Positions 27,901-41,579 of a stretch of DNA of 64,000 nucleotides are shown here, piece by piece. The position numbers and the translations under genes were made by a program. The notes below the pieces were generated by a model that was not told the origin of the DNA, ran no database searches, and was given only the letters and a program-made list of their open reading frames with translations. Source of the stretch: Eledone cirrhosa (taxonomy: Eukaryota); the NCBI GenBank assembly GCA_964016885.1, contig OZ024747.1, forward strand, positions 29,884,001 to 29,948,000, in the 5' to 3' direction. Position 1 is the stretch's first letter; every line of letters starts with the position of its first letter.

Positions 27901-30400
27901 AATTTTTCAGCCTGTATGTATAAATGTATAAACGCATTTTTTCCAAATTGATCAATTTGATCAAATTGATCAATTTGTGAAAAACCTAAAAAAATCAATT
28001 CTAGAAATCAATAGTAAATATTTCGAAAAGTTGATTATTTTAAGTTTTTTACAAATTGATCATTTTACACAGTATTTCGAAAAATTGTTTTTTTACAAAA
28101 AACATTGATTTTTTTTCTTTCGAAATATATACTTTCTGATTTCGAAAATTGATATATAATTTGTATTTTTCAAACACAATGTATAAACGCATTTTTTTGA
28201 AAAAAAACATTTTTTCCAAATACTGTGTAAATTGATCAATTTGTGAAAAACCTAAAAAAATCAATTCTAGAAATCAAAAGTAAATATTTCGAAAAGTTGA
28301 TTATTTTAGGTTTTTTACAAATTGATCATTTTACACAGTATTTCGAAAAATTGTTTTTTTACAAAAAACATTGATTTTTTTTTCTTTCGAAATATATACT
28401 TTCTGATTTCGAAAATTGATATATATTTTGTATTTTTCAAACATAAACGCATTTTTTTGAAAAAAAACATTTTTTCCAAATACTTTGTAAAATGATCAAT
28501 TTGTGAAAAACCTAAAAAAATCAATTTTAGAAATCAGAAGTAGATATTTCGAAAAGTATAAAAAAATTGATTATTTTAGGTTTTTCACAAATTGATAATT
28601 TTACACAGTATTTCGAAAAATTGTTTTTTTTCAAAAAAGATTGATTTTTTTTCTTTCGAAATATCTACTTTCTGATTTCGAAAATTGTTATATATTTTGT
28701 ATTTTTAAAAAGTTTTTCAACGTGTCGAAACATAATGTATAAACGCATTTTTTCCAAATACTGTGTAAAATGATATATTTGTGAAAAAGCTAAAAAAATC
28801 AATTTTAGAAATTGGAAGTAAATATTTCGAAAAGTATAAAAAAATTGATTATTCTAGGTTTTTCACAAATTGATCATTTTAAACAGTATTTCGAAAAATT
28901 ATTTTTTTTCCAAAAACATTGATTTTTTTCTTTCGAAATATATATTTTCTGATTTCGAAAATTGATATATATTTTGTATTTTTCAAACACAATGTATAAA
29001 CGCATTTTTTTGAAAATATACATTTTTTCCAAATACAGTGTAAAATGATCAATTTGTGAAAAACCTAAAAAAATCAATTTTAGAAATCAGAAGTAAATAT
29101 TTCGAAAAGTATAAAAAAATTGATTATTTTAGGTTTTTCACAAATTGATAATTTTACACAGTATTTCGAAAATTTGGTTTTTTTATCAAAAGACATTGAT
29201 TTTTTTTCTTTCGAAATATATACTTTCTGATTTCGAAAATTGATATACATTTTGTATTTTTCAAATATTTTTCAACGTATGTATAAACAAGGTTTTGAAA
29301 AAAAACATTTTTTCCAAATACTGTGTAAATTGATCAATTTGTGAAAAAACCTAAAAAAATCAATTTTAGAAATCAGAAGTAAATATTTCGAAAAGTGTAA
29401 ACAAATTGATTATTTTAGGTTTTTCACAAATTGATCATTTTACACAGTATTTCGAAAAATTGTTTTTTTTCAAAAAAGATTGATTTTTTTTCTTTTGAAA
29501 TATCTACTTTCTGATTTCGAAAATTGTTATATAATTTGTATTTTTAAAAAATTTTTCAGCGTGTGTGTATAAATGTATAAACGCATTTTTTCCAAATACT
29601 GTGTAAAATGATCTATTTGTGAAAAAGATAAAAAAATCAATTTTAGAAATCGGAAGTAAATATTTTGAAAAGTATAAAAAAATTGATTATTTTAGGTTTT
29701 TCACAAATTGATCATTTTAAACAGTATTTCGAAAAATTATTTTTTTTCCAAAAACATTGATTTTTTTCTTTCGGAATATATACTTTCTGATTTCGAAAAT
29801 TGATATATATTTTGTATTTTTCAAACACAATGTATAAACGCATTTTTTTGAAAAAAAAACATTTTTTCCAAATACTGTGTAAAATGATCAATTTGTGAAA
29901 AACCTAAAAAAATCAATTTTAGAAATCAGAAGTAATTATTTCGAAAAGTATAAAAAAATTGATTATTTTAGGTTTTTCACAAATTGATCATTTTACACAG
30001 TATTTCGAAAAATTGTTTTTTTATTAAAAAAGATTGATTTTTTTTCTTTCGAAATATATAATTTCTGATTTCGAAATTTGATATATATTTTGTATTTTTC
30101 AAAAATTTTTCAACGTGTTGAAACACAATGTATAAACGCATTTTTTTGAAAAAAAAACATTTTTTCCAAATACTGTGTAAATTGATCAATTTGTGAAAAA
30201 ACCTAAAAAAATCAATTTTAGAAATCAGAAGTAAATATTTCGAAAAGTGTAAACAAATTGATTATTTTAGGTTTTTCACAAATTGATCATTTTACACAGT
30301 ATTTCGAAAAATTGTTTTTTTTCAAAAAAGATTGATTTTTTTTCTTTCGAAATATCTACTTTCTGATTTCGAAAATTGTTATATATTTTGTATTTTTAAA
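24950..30400 (+). repeat. 12-monomer higher-order repeat (~3.34 kb), about 1.6 copies
   Basis: Offsets of 3341-3343 (24974/28315, 25533/28874, 26634/29977). The GAAAATATACA...ATACAGTG variant is shared. I counted 12 anchors per period. Confidence 0.75.
27944..27977. repeat. Perfect 34-bp palindrome CAAATTGATCAATTTGATCAAATTGATCAATTTG inside a variant A' arm
   Basis: The sequence equals its own reverse complement. A copy with one mismatch lies at 7447-7480. Confidence 0.95.
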
Positions 30401-32023
30401 AAATTTTTCAGCGTGTATTTATAAATGTATAAACGCATTTTTTCCAAATACTGTGTAAAATGATCAATTTGTGAAAAACCTAAAAAAATCAATTTTAGAA
30501 ATCAGAAGTAAATATTTCGAAAAGTATAAAAAAATTGATTATTTTAGGTTTTTCACAAATTGATCATTTTACACAGTATTTCGAAAAATTGTTTTTTTAC
30601 AAAAAACATTGATTTTTTTTCTTTCGAAATATATACTTTCTGATTTTGAAAATTGATATATATTTTGTATTTTTCAAACACAATGTATAAACGCATTTTT
30701 TTGAAAAAAAACATTTTTTCCAAATACTGTGTAAATTGATCAATTTGTGAAAAACCTAAAAAAATCAATTCTAGAAATCAAAAGTAAATATTTCGAAAAG
30801 TGTAAACAAATTGATTATTTTAGGTTTTTCACAAATTGATCATTTTACACAGTATTTCGAAAAATTGTTTTTTTTCAAAAAAGATTGATTTTTTTTCTTT
30901 CGAAATATCTACTTTCTGATTTCGAAAATTGATATATATTTTGTATTTTTCAAACACAATGTATAAACGCATTTTTTTAAAAAAAAACATTTTTTCCAAA
31001 TACTGTGTAAATTGATCAATTTGTGAAAAAACCTAAAAATATCAATTTTAGAAATAGAAGTAAATATTTCGAAAAGTATAAAAAAAATTGATTATTTTAG
31101 GTTTTTCACAAATTGATCATTTTACACAGTATTTCGAAAAATTGTTTTTTTTCCAAAAACATTGATTTTTTTCTTTCGAAATATATATTTTCTGATTTCG
31201 AAAATTGATATACATTTTGTATTTTTCAAATATTTTTCAACGTGTTGAAACATAATGTATAAACGCATTTTTTTGAAGAAAAACTTTTTTTCCAAATACT
31301 GCGTAAATTGATCAATTTGTGAAAAACCTAAAAAATTCAATTCTAGAAATAAAAAGTAAATATTTCGAAAAGTTGATTATTTTAGGTTTTTCACAAATTG
31401 ATAATTTTACACAGTATTTCGAAAAATTGTTTTTTTTATCAAAAAAGATTGATTTTTTTTCTTTCGAAATATATAATTTCTGATTTCGAAATTTGATATA
31501 TATTTTGTATTTTTCAAAAAAATTTCAACGTGTTGAAACACAATGTATAAACGCATTTTTTTGAAAAAAAGCATTTTTTCCACATACTGTGTAAATTGAT
31601 CAATTTGTGAAAAAACCTAAAAAAATCAATTTTAGAAATCAGAAGTAAATATTTCGAAAAGTGTAAACAAATTGATTATTTTAGGTTTTTCACAAATTGA
31701 TCATTTTACACAGTATTTCGGAAAATTGTTTTTTTTCAAAAAAGATTGATTTTTTTTCTTTCGAAATATCTACTTTCTGATTTCGAAAATTGTTATATAT
31801 TTTGTATTTTTAAAAAGTTTTACAACGTGTTGAATGTATAAACGCATTTTTTCCAAATACTGTGTAAAATGATCAATTTGTGAAAAAGCTAAAAAAATCA
31901 ATTTTAGAAATCGGAAGTAAATATTTCGAAAAGTATAAAAAAATTGATTATTCTAGGTTTTTCACAAATTGATCATTTTAAACAGTATTTCGAAAAATTA
32001 TTTTTTTTCCAAAAACATTGATT

Positions 32024-32077
32024 TTTTTCTTTCGTATTTTTCAAATATTTTTCTTTCGTATTTTTCAAATATTTTTC
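32024..32077 (+). repeat. 24-bp tandem duplication (TTTTTCTTTCGTATTTTTCAAATA x2) replacing most of segment B in one monomer
   Basis: Read directly. It also shows as KYLKNTKE x2 in the ORF at 31973-32179. Confidence 0.9.
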
Positions 32078-35000
32078 AACGTGTTGAAACATAATGTATA
32101 AACGCATTTTTTTGAAAAAAAACTTTTTTTCCAAATACTGTGTAAATTGATCAATTTGTGAAAAACCTAAAAAAATCAATTCTAGAAATCAAAAGTAAAT
32201 ATTTCGAAAAGTTGATTATTTTAGGTTTTTTACAAATTGATCATTTTACACAGTATTTCGAAAAATTGTTTTTTTACAAAAAACATTGATTTTTTTTCTT
32301 TCGAAATATCTACTTTCTGATTTCGAAAATTGATATATATTTTGTATTTTTCAAACACAATGTATAGACGCATTTTTTTGAAAAAAAACCTTTCTTCCAA
32401 ATAGTGTGTAAAATGATCAATTTGTGAAAAACCTAAAAAAATCAATTTTAGAAATCAGAAGTAAATATTTCGAAAAGTATAAAAAAATTGATTATTTTAG
32501 GTTTTTCACAAATTGATCATTTTACACAGTATTTCGAAAAACATTGTATATCAAAAAACATTGATTTTTTTTCTTTCGAAATATATACTTTCTGATTTCG
32601 AAAATTGATATATATTTTGTATTTTTCAAACACAATGTATAAACGCATTTTTTTGAAAAAAAACATTTTTTCCAAATACTGTGTAAAATGATCAATTTGT
32701 GAAAAACCTAAAAAAATCAATTTTAGAAGTTAGAAGTAAATATTTCGAAAAGTATAAAAAAATTGATTATATTAGGTTTTTCACAAATTGATCATTTTAC
32801 ACAGTATTTCGAAAAATTGTTTTTTTTCAAAAAAGATTGATTTTTTTTCTTCCGAAATATATACTTTCTGATTTCGAAAATTGAGATATATTTTGTATTT
32901 TTCAAACACAATGTATAAACGCATTTTTTTGAAAAAAAACATTTTTTCCAAATACTCTGTAAAATGATCAATTTGTGAAAAACCTAAAAAAATCAATTTT
33001 TGAAATCAGAAGTATATTTTTCGAAAAGTGTAAACAAATTGATTATTTTAGGTTTTTCACAAATTGATCATTTTACACAGTATTTCGAAAAATTGTTTTT
33101 TTTTCAAAAAAGATTGATTTTTTTTCTTTCGAAATAACTACTTTCTGATTTCGAAAATTGTTATATATTTTGTATTTTAAAAAAATTTTTCAGCGTGTAT
33201 GTATAAATGTATAAACGCATTTTTTCCAAATACTGTGTAAAATGATCAATTTGTGAAAAATCTAAAAAAATCAATTTTAGAAATCAGAAGTAAATATTTC
33301 GAAAAGTATAAAAAAATTGATTATTTTAGGTTTTCCAGAAATTGCTCATTTTACACAGTATTTCGAAAAATTGTTTTTTTATCAAAAAAGATTGATTTTT
33401 TTTCTTTCGAAATATATACTTTCTGATTTCGAAAATTGATATATATTTTGTATTTTTCAAATATTTTTCAACGTGTCGAAACACAATGTATAAACGCATT
33501 TTTTTGAAAAAAAACATTTTTTCCAAATACTGTGTAAAATGATCAATTTGTGAAAAACCTAAAAAAAATCAATTTTAGAAATCGGAAGTAAATATTTCGA
33601 AAAGTATAAAAAAATTGATTATTTTAGGTTTTTTACAAATTGATCATTTTACACTGTATTTCGAAAAATTGTTTTTTTATCAAAAAACATTGATTTTTTT
33701 TCTTTCGAAATATATACTTTCTGATTTCGTAAATTGATATATATTTTGTATTTTTAAAAAGTTTTTCAACGTGTCGAAACATAATGTATAAACGCATTTT
33801 TTCCAAATACTGTGTAAAATGATCTATTTGTGAAAAAGCTAAAAAAATCAATTTTAGAAATCGGAAGTAAATATTTCGAAAAGTATAAAAAAATTGATAA
33901 TTTTATGATTTTCAAAAATTGATCATTTTAAACAGTATTTCGAAAAATTATTTTTTTTCCAAAAACATTGATTTTTTTTCTTTCGAAATATATACTTTCT
34001 GATTTCGAAAATTGATATATATTTTGTATTTTTCAAACACAATGTATAACGCATTTTTTTGAAAAAAAACATTTTTTCCAAATACTCTGTAAAATGATCA
34101 ATTCGTGAAAAACCTAAAAAAATCAATTTTAGAAGTCAGAAGTAAATATTTCGAAAAGTATAAAAAAATTGATTATTTTAGGTTTTTCACAAATTGATAA
34201 TTTTAGACAGTATTTCGAAAATTTGTTTTTTTTCAAAAAAGATTGATTTTTTTTCTATCGAAATATATACTTTCTGATTTCGAAAATTGATATACATTTT
34301 GTATTTTTCAAATATTTTTCAACGTGTTGAAACACAGTGTGTAAGCGCATTTTTTTGAAAAAAAAACATTTTTTCCAAATACTGTGAAAAAACCTAAAAA
34401 AATCAATTTTAGAAATTAGAAGTAAATATTTCGAAAAGTGTAAACAAATTGATTATTTTAGGTTTTTCACAAATTGATCATTTTACACAGTATTTCGAAA
34501 AATTGTTTTTTTTCAAAAAAGATTGATTTTTTTTCTTTTGAAATATCTACTTTCTGATTTCGAAAATTGTTATATATTTTGTATTTTTAAAAAGTTTTAC
34601 AACGTGTTGAATGTATAAACGCATTTTTTCCAAATACTGTGTAAAATGATCAATTTGTGAAAAAGCTAAAAAAATCAATTTTAGAAATCGGAAGTAAATA
34701 TTTCGAAAAGTATAAAAAAATTGATTATTCTAGGTTTTTCACAAATTGATCATTTTAAACAGTATTTCGAAAAATTATTTTTTTTCCAAAAACATTGATT
34801 TTTTTCTTTCGAAATATATATTTTCTGATTTCGAAAATTGATATACATTTTGTATTTTTCAAATATTTTTCAACGTGTTGAAACATAATGTATAAACGCA
34901 TTTTTTTGAAAAAAAACTTTTTTTCCAAATACTGTGTAAATTGATCAATTTGTGAAAAACCTAAAAAAATCAATTCTAGAAATCAAAAGTAAATATTTCG

Positions 35001-38000
35001 AAAAGTTGATTATTTTAGGTTTTTTACAAATTGATCATTTTACACAGTATTTCGAAAAATTGTTTTTTTACAAAAAACATTGATTTTTTTTCTTTCGAAA
35101 TATATACTTTCTGATTTCGAAAATTGATATATATTTTGTATTTTTCAAACACAATGTATAAACGCATTTTTTTGAAAAAAAAACATTTTGTCCAAATACT
35201 CTGTAAAATGATCAATTTGTGAAAAACCTAAAAAAATCAATTGTAGAAATCAGAATTAAATATTTCGAAAAGTATAAAAAAATTGATTATTTTAGGTTTT
35301 TCACAAATTGATAATTTTACACAGTATTTCGAAAAATTGTTTTTTTTCAAAAAAGATTGATTTTTTTTCTTTTGAAATATATACTCTCTGATTTCGAAAA
35401 TTGATATATATTTTGTATTTTTCAAACATATTGTATAAACGCATTTTTTTGAAAAAAAAACATTTTGTCCAAATACTCTGTAAAATGATCAATTTGTGAA
35501 AAACCTAAAAAAATCAATTTTAGAAATCAGAAGTAAATATTTCGAAAAGTATAAAAAAATTGATTATTTTAGGTTTTTCACAAATTGATCATTTTACACA
35601 GTATTTCGAAAAATTGTTTTTTTTCAAAAAAGATTGATTTTTTTTCTTACGAAATATCTACTTTCTGATTTCGAAAATTGTTATATATTTTGTATTTTTA
35701 AAAAGTTTTTCAACGTGTCGAAACATAATGTATAAACGCATTTTTTCCAAATACTGTGTAAAAGATCTATTTGTGAAAAAGCTAAAAAAATCAATTTTAG
35801 AAATCGGAAGTAAATATTTCGAAAAGTATAAAAAAATTGATTATTTTAGGTTTTTCACAAATTGATCATTTTACACAGTATTTCGAAAAATTGTTTTTTT
35901 ACAAAAAACATTGATTTTTTTTCTTTCGAAATATATACTTTCTGATTTCGAAAATTGATATATATTTTGTATTTTTCAAACACAATGTATAAACGCATTT
36001 TTTTGAAAAAAAACATTTTTTCCAAATACTGTGTAAATTGATCAATATGTGAAAAACCTAACAAAATCAATTCTAGAAATCAAAAGTAAATATTTCGAAA
36101 AGTTGATTATTTTAGGTTTTTTACAAATTGATCATTTTACACAGTATTTCGAAAAATTGTTTTTTTACAAAAAACATTGATTTTTTTTCTTTCGAAATAT
36201 ATACTTTCTGATTTTGAAAATTGATATATATTTTGTATTTTTCAAACACAATGTATAAACGCATTTTTTTGAAAAAAAACATTTTTTCCAAATACTGTGT
36301 AAATTGATCAATTTGTGAAAAACCTAAAAAAATCAATTCTAGAAATCAAAAGTAAATATTTCGAAAAGTTGATTATTTTAGGTTTTTTACAAATTGATCA
36401 TTTTACACAGTATTTCGAAAAATTGTTTTTTTTCAAAAAAGATTGATTTTTTTTCTTTCGAAATATCTACTTTCTGATTTCGAAAATTGTTATATATTTT
36501 GTATTTTTAAAAAGTTTTTCAACGTGTCGAAACATAATGTATAAACGCATTTTTTCCAAATACTGTGTAAAATGATCTATTTGTGAAAAAGCTAAAAAAA
36601 TCAATTTTAGAAATTGGAAGTAAATATTTCGAAAAGTATGAAAAAATTGATTATTCTAGGTTTTTCACAAATTGATCATTTTAAACAGTATTTCGAAAAA
36701 TTATTTTTTTTCCAAAAACATTGATTTTTTTCTTTCGAAATATATATTTTCTGATTTCGAAAATTGATATATATTTTGTATTTTTCAAACACAATGTATA
36801 AACGCATTTTTTTGAAAATATACATTTTTTCCAAATACAGTGTAAAATGATCAATTTGTGAAAAACCTAAAAAAATCAATTTTAGAAATCAGAAGTAAAT
36901 ATTTCGAAAAGTATAAAATAATTGATTATTTTAGGTTTTTCACAAATTGATAATTTTACACAGTATTTCGAAAATTTGTTTTTTTTCAAAAAAGATTGAT
37001 TTTTTTTCTATCGAAATATATACTTTCTGATTTCGAAAATTGATATACATTTTGTATTTTTCAAATATTTTTCAACGTATGTATAAACAAGGTTTTGAAA
37101 AAAAACATTTTTTCCAAATACTGTGTAAATTGATCAATTTGTGAAAAAACCTAAAAAAATCAATTTTAGAAATCAGAAGTAAATATTTCGAAAAGTGTAA
37201 ACAAATTGATTATTTTAGGTTTTTCACAAATTGATCATTTTACACAGTATTTCGAAAAATTGTTTTTTTTCAAAAAAGATTGATTTTTTTTCTTTTGAAA
37301 TATCTACTTTCTGATTTCGAAAATTGTTATATAATTTGTATTTTTAAAAAATTTTTCAGCGTGTATGTATAAATGTATAAACGCATTTTTTCCAAATACT
37401 GTGTAAAATGATCTATTTGTGAAAAAGCTAAAAAAATCAATTTTAGAAATCGGAAGTAAATATTTCGAAAAGTATAAAAAAATTGATTATTTTAGGTTTT
37501 TCACAAATTGATCATTTTACACAGTATTTCGAAAAATTGTTTTTTTATCAAAAAAGATTGATTTTTTTTCTTTCGAAATATATAATTTCTGATTTCGAAA
37601 TTTGATATATATTTTGTATTTTTCAAAAATTTTTCAACGTATTAAAACACAATGTATAAACGCATTTTTTTGAAAAAAAACATTTTTTCCAAATACTGTG
37701 TAAATTGATCAATTTGTGAAAAAACCTAAAAAAATCAATTTTAGAAATCAGAAGTAAATATTTCGAAAAGTATAAAAAAATTGATTATTTTAGGCTTTTC
37801 ACAAATTGATAATTTTACACAGTATTTCGAAAATTTGTTTTTTTTCAAAAAAGATTGATTTTTTTTCTATCGAAATATATACTTTCTGATTTCGAAAATT
37901 GATATACATTTTGTATTTTTCAAATATTTTTCAACGTATGTATAAACAATGTATAAACGCATTTTTTTGAAAAAAAACATTTTTTCCAAATACTGTGTAA

Positions 38001-39747
38001 ATTGATCAATTTGTGAAAAAACCTAAAAAAATCAATTTTAGAAATCAGAAGTAAATATTTCGAAAAGTATAAAAAAATTGATTATTTTAGGTTTTTCACA
38101 AATTGATCATTTTACACAGTATTTCGAAAAATTGTTTTTTTACAAAAAACATTGATTTTTTTTCTTTCGAAATATATACTTTCTGATTTCGAAAATTGAT
38201 ATATATTTTGTATTTTTCAAACACAATGTATAAACGCATTTTTTTGAAAAAAAACATTTTTTCCAAATACTCTGTAAAATGATCAATTTGTGAAAAACCT
38301 AAAAAAATCAATTTTAGAAGTCAGAAGTAAATATTTCGAAAAGTATAAAAAAATTGATTATTTTAGGTTTTTAACAAATTGATAATTTTACACAATATTT
38401 CGAAAATTTGTTTTTTTTCAAAAAAGATTGATTTTTTTTCTATCGAAATATATACTTTCTGATTTCGAAAATTGATATACATTTTGTATTTTTCAAATAT
38501 TTTTCAACGTGTCGAAACATAATGTATAAACGCATTTTTTCCAAATACTGTGTAAAATGATCTATTTGTGAAAAAGCTAAAAAAATCAATTTTAGAAATC
38601 GGAAGTAAATATTTCGAAAAGTATAAAAAAATTGATTATTTTAGGTTTTTCACAAATTGACCATTTTAAACAGTATTTCGAAAAATTATTTTTTTTCCAA
38701 AAACATTGATTTTTTTCTTTCGGAATATATACTTTCTGATTTCGAAAATTGATATATATTTTGTATTTTTCAAACAAAATGTATAAACGCATTTTTTTGA
38801 AAAAAAACATTTTTTCCAAATACTGTGTAAAATGATCAATTTGTGAAAAACCTAAAAAAATCAATTTTAGAAATCAGAAGTAAATATTTCGAAAAGTGTA
38901 AACAAATTGATTATTTTAGGTTTTTCACAAATTGATCATTTTACACAGTATTTCGAAAAATTGTTCTTTTTCAAAAAAGATTGATTTTTTTTCTTTCGAA
39001 ATATCTACTTTCTGATTTCGAAAATTGTTATATATTTTGTATTTTTAAAAAGTTTTTCAACGTGTCGAAACATAATGTATAAACGCATTTTTTCCAAATA
39101 CTGTGTAAAATGATCTATTTGTGAAAAAGCTAAAAAAATCAATTTTAGAAATTGGAAGTAAATATTTCGAAAAGTATAAAGAAATTGATTATTCTAGGTT
39201 CTTCACAAATTGATCATTTTAAACAGTATTTCGAAAAATTATTTTTTTTCCAAAAACATTGATTTTTTTCTTTCGAAATATATATTTTCTGATTTCGAAT
39301 ATTGATATACATTTTGTATTTTTCAAATATTTTTCAACGTATGTATAAACAATGTATAAACGCATTTTTTTGAAAAAAAACATTTTTTCCAAATACTGTG
39401 TAAATTGATCAATTTGTGAAAAAACCTAAAAAAATCAATTTTAGAAATCAGAAATAAATATTTCGAAAAGTTGATTATTTTAGGTTTTTCACAAATTGAT
39501 CATTTTACACAGTATTTCGAAAAATTGTTTTTTTTCAAAAAAGATTGATTTTTTTTCTTTTGAAATATCTACTTTCTGATTTCGAAAATTGTTATATAAT
39601 TTGTATTTTTAAAAAATTTTTCAGCGTGTATGTATAAATGTATAAACGCATTTTTTCCAAATACTGTGTAAAATGATCAATTTGTGAAAAACCTAAAAAA
39701 ATCAATTTTAGAAATCAGAAGTAAATATTTCGAAAAGTATAAAAAAA

Positions 39748-39981
39748 TTGATTATTTTAGGTTTTTCACAAATTGATCATTTTACACAGTATTTCGAAAA
39801 ATTGTTTTTTTACAAAAAACATTGATTTTTTTTCTTTCGAAATATATACTTTCTGATTTCGAAAATTGATATATATTTTGTATTTTTCAAACACAATGTA
39901 TAAACGCATTTTTTTGAAAAAAAACATTTTTTCCAAATACTCTGTAAAATGATCAATTTGTGAAAAACCTAAAAAAATCAA
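39748..39981. repeat. Long inverted repeat pair A/A' (~72 bp; ~54 bp in monomers with a shortened A'), present in essentially every monomer
   Basis: Consensus A = TTGATTATTTTAGGTTTTTCACAAATTGATCATTTTACACAGTATTTCGAAAAATTGTTTTTTTTCAAAAAA. Reverse complement of consensus A' = TTGATTTTTTTAGGTTTTTCACAAATTGATCATTTTACACAGTATTTGGAAAAAATGTTTTTTTTCAAAAAA. Only a few mismatches. Confidence 0.96.
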
Positions 39982-40023
39982 TTTTAGAAGTCAGAAGTAA
40001 ATATTTCGAAAAGTATAAAAAAA
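39821..40023. repeat. Second, more diverged inverted repeat pair B/B' (~45-50 bp) in each monomer
   Basis: Reverse complement of B = ATCAATTTTCGAAATCAGAAAGTATATATTTCGAAAGAAAAAAAA. Consensus B' = ATCAATTTTAGAAATCAGAAGTAAATATTTCGAAAAGTATAAAAAAA. Confidence 0.9.
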
Positions 40024-41579
40024 TTGATTATTTTAGGTTTTTCACAAATTGATAATTTTACACAATATTTCGAAAATTTGTTTTTTTTCAAAAAAGATTG
40101 ATTTTTTTTCTATCGAAATATATACTTTCTGATTTCGAAAATTGATATACATTTTGTATTTTTCAAATATTTTTCAACGTGTTGAAACACAGTGTGTAAA
40201 CGCATTCTTTTGAAAAAAAAACATTTTTTCCAAATACTGTGAAAAAACCTAAAAAAATCAATTTTAGAAATTAGAAGTAAATATTTCGAAAAGTGTAAAC
40301 AAATTGATTATTTTAGGTTTTTCACAAATTGATCATTTTACACAGTATTTCGAAAAATTGTTTTTTTTCAAAAAAGATTGATTTTTTTTCTTTTGAAATA
40401 TCTACTTTCTGATTTCGAAAATTGTTATATATTTTGTATTTTTAAAAAGTTTTTCAATGTGTCGAAACATAATGTATAAACGCATTTTATCCAAATACTG
40501 TGTAAAATGATCTATTTGTGAAAAAGCTAAAAAAATCAATTTTAGAAATCGGAAGTAAATATTTCGAAAAGTATAAAAAAATTGATTATTTTAGGTTTTT
40601 CACAAATTGATCATTTTAAACAGTATTTCGAAAAATTATTTTTTTTCCCAAAACATTGATTTTTTTCTTTCGGAATATATACTTTCTGATTTCGAAAATT
40701 GATATATATTTTGTATTTTTCAAACACAATGTATAAACGCATTTTTTTGAAAAAAAACATTTTTTCCAAATACTGTGTAAAATGATCAATTTGTGAAAAA
40801 CCTAAAAAAATCAATTTTAGAAATCAGAAGTAAATATTTCGAAAAGTGTAAACAAATTGATTATTTTAGGTTTTTCACAAATTGATCATTTTACACAGTA
40901 TTTCGAAAAATTTTTTTTTTCAAAAAAGATTGATTTTTTTTCTTTCGAAATATCTACTTTCTGATTTCGAAAATTGTTATATATTTTGTATTTTTAAAAA
41001 ATTTTTCAGCGTGTATGTATAAATGTATAAACGCATTTTTTCCAAATACTGTGTAAAATGATCAATTTGTGAAAAACCTAAAAAAATCAATTTTAGAAAT
41101 CAGAAGTAAATATTTCGAAAAGTATAAAAAAATTGATTATTTTAGGTTTTTCACAAATTGATCATTTTACACAGTATTTCGAAAAATTGTTTTTTTACAA
41201 AAAACATTGATTTTTTTTCTTTCGAAATATATACTTTCTGATTTCGAAAATTGATATATATTTTGTATTTTTCAAACACAATGTATAAACGCATTTTTTT
41301 GAAAAAAAACATTTTTTCCAAATACTGTGTAAATTGATCAATTTGTGAAAAACCTAAAAAAATCAATTCTAGAAATCAAAAGTAAATATTTCGAAAAGTG
41401 TAAACAAATTGATTATTTTAGGTTTTTCACAAATTGATCATTTTACACAGTATTTCGAAAAATTGTTTTTTTTCAAAAAAGATTGATTTTTTTTCTTTCG
41501 AAATATCTACTTTCTGATTTCGAAAATTGTTATATATTTTGTATTTTTAAAAAGTTTTTCAACGTGTCGAAACATAATG

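Larger units (their letters stand above)
39748..40023 (+). repeat. Representative 276-bp monomer with architecture A(39748-39819) B(39821-39870) C(39871-39909) A'(39910-39981) B'(39977-40023)
   Basis: Read directly. The next anchor starts at 40024. Confidence 0.93.
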
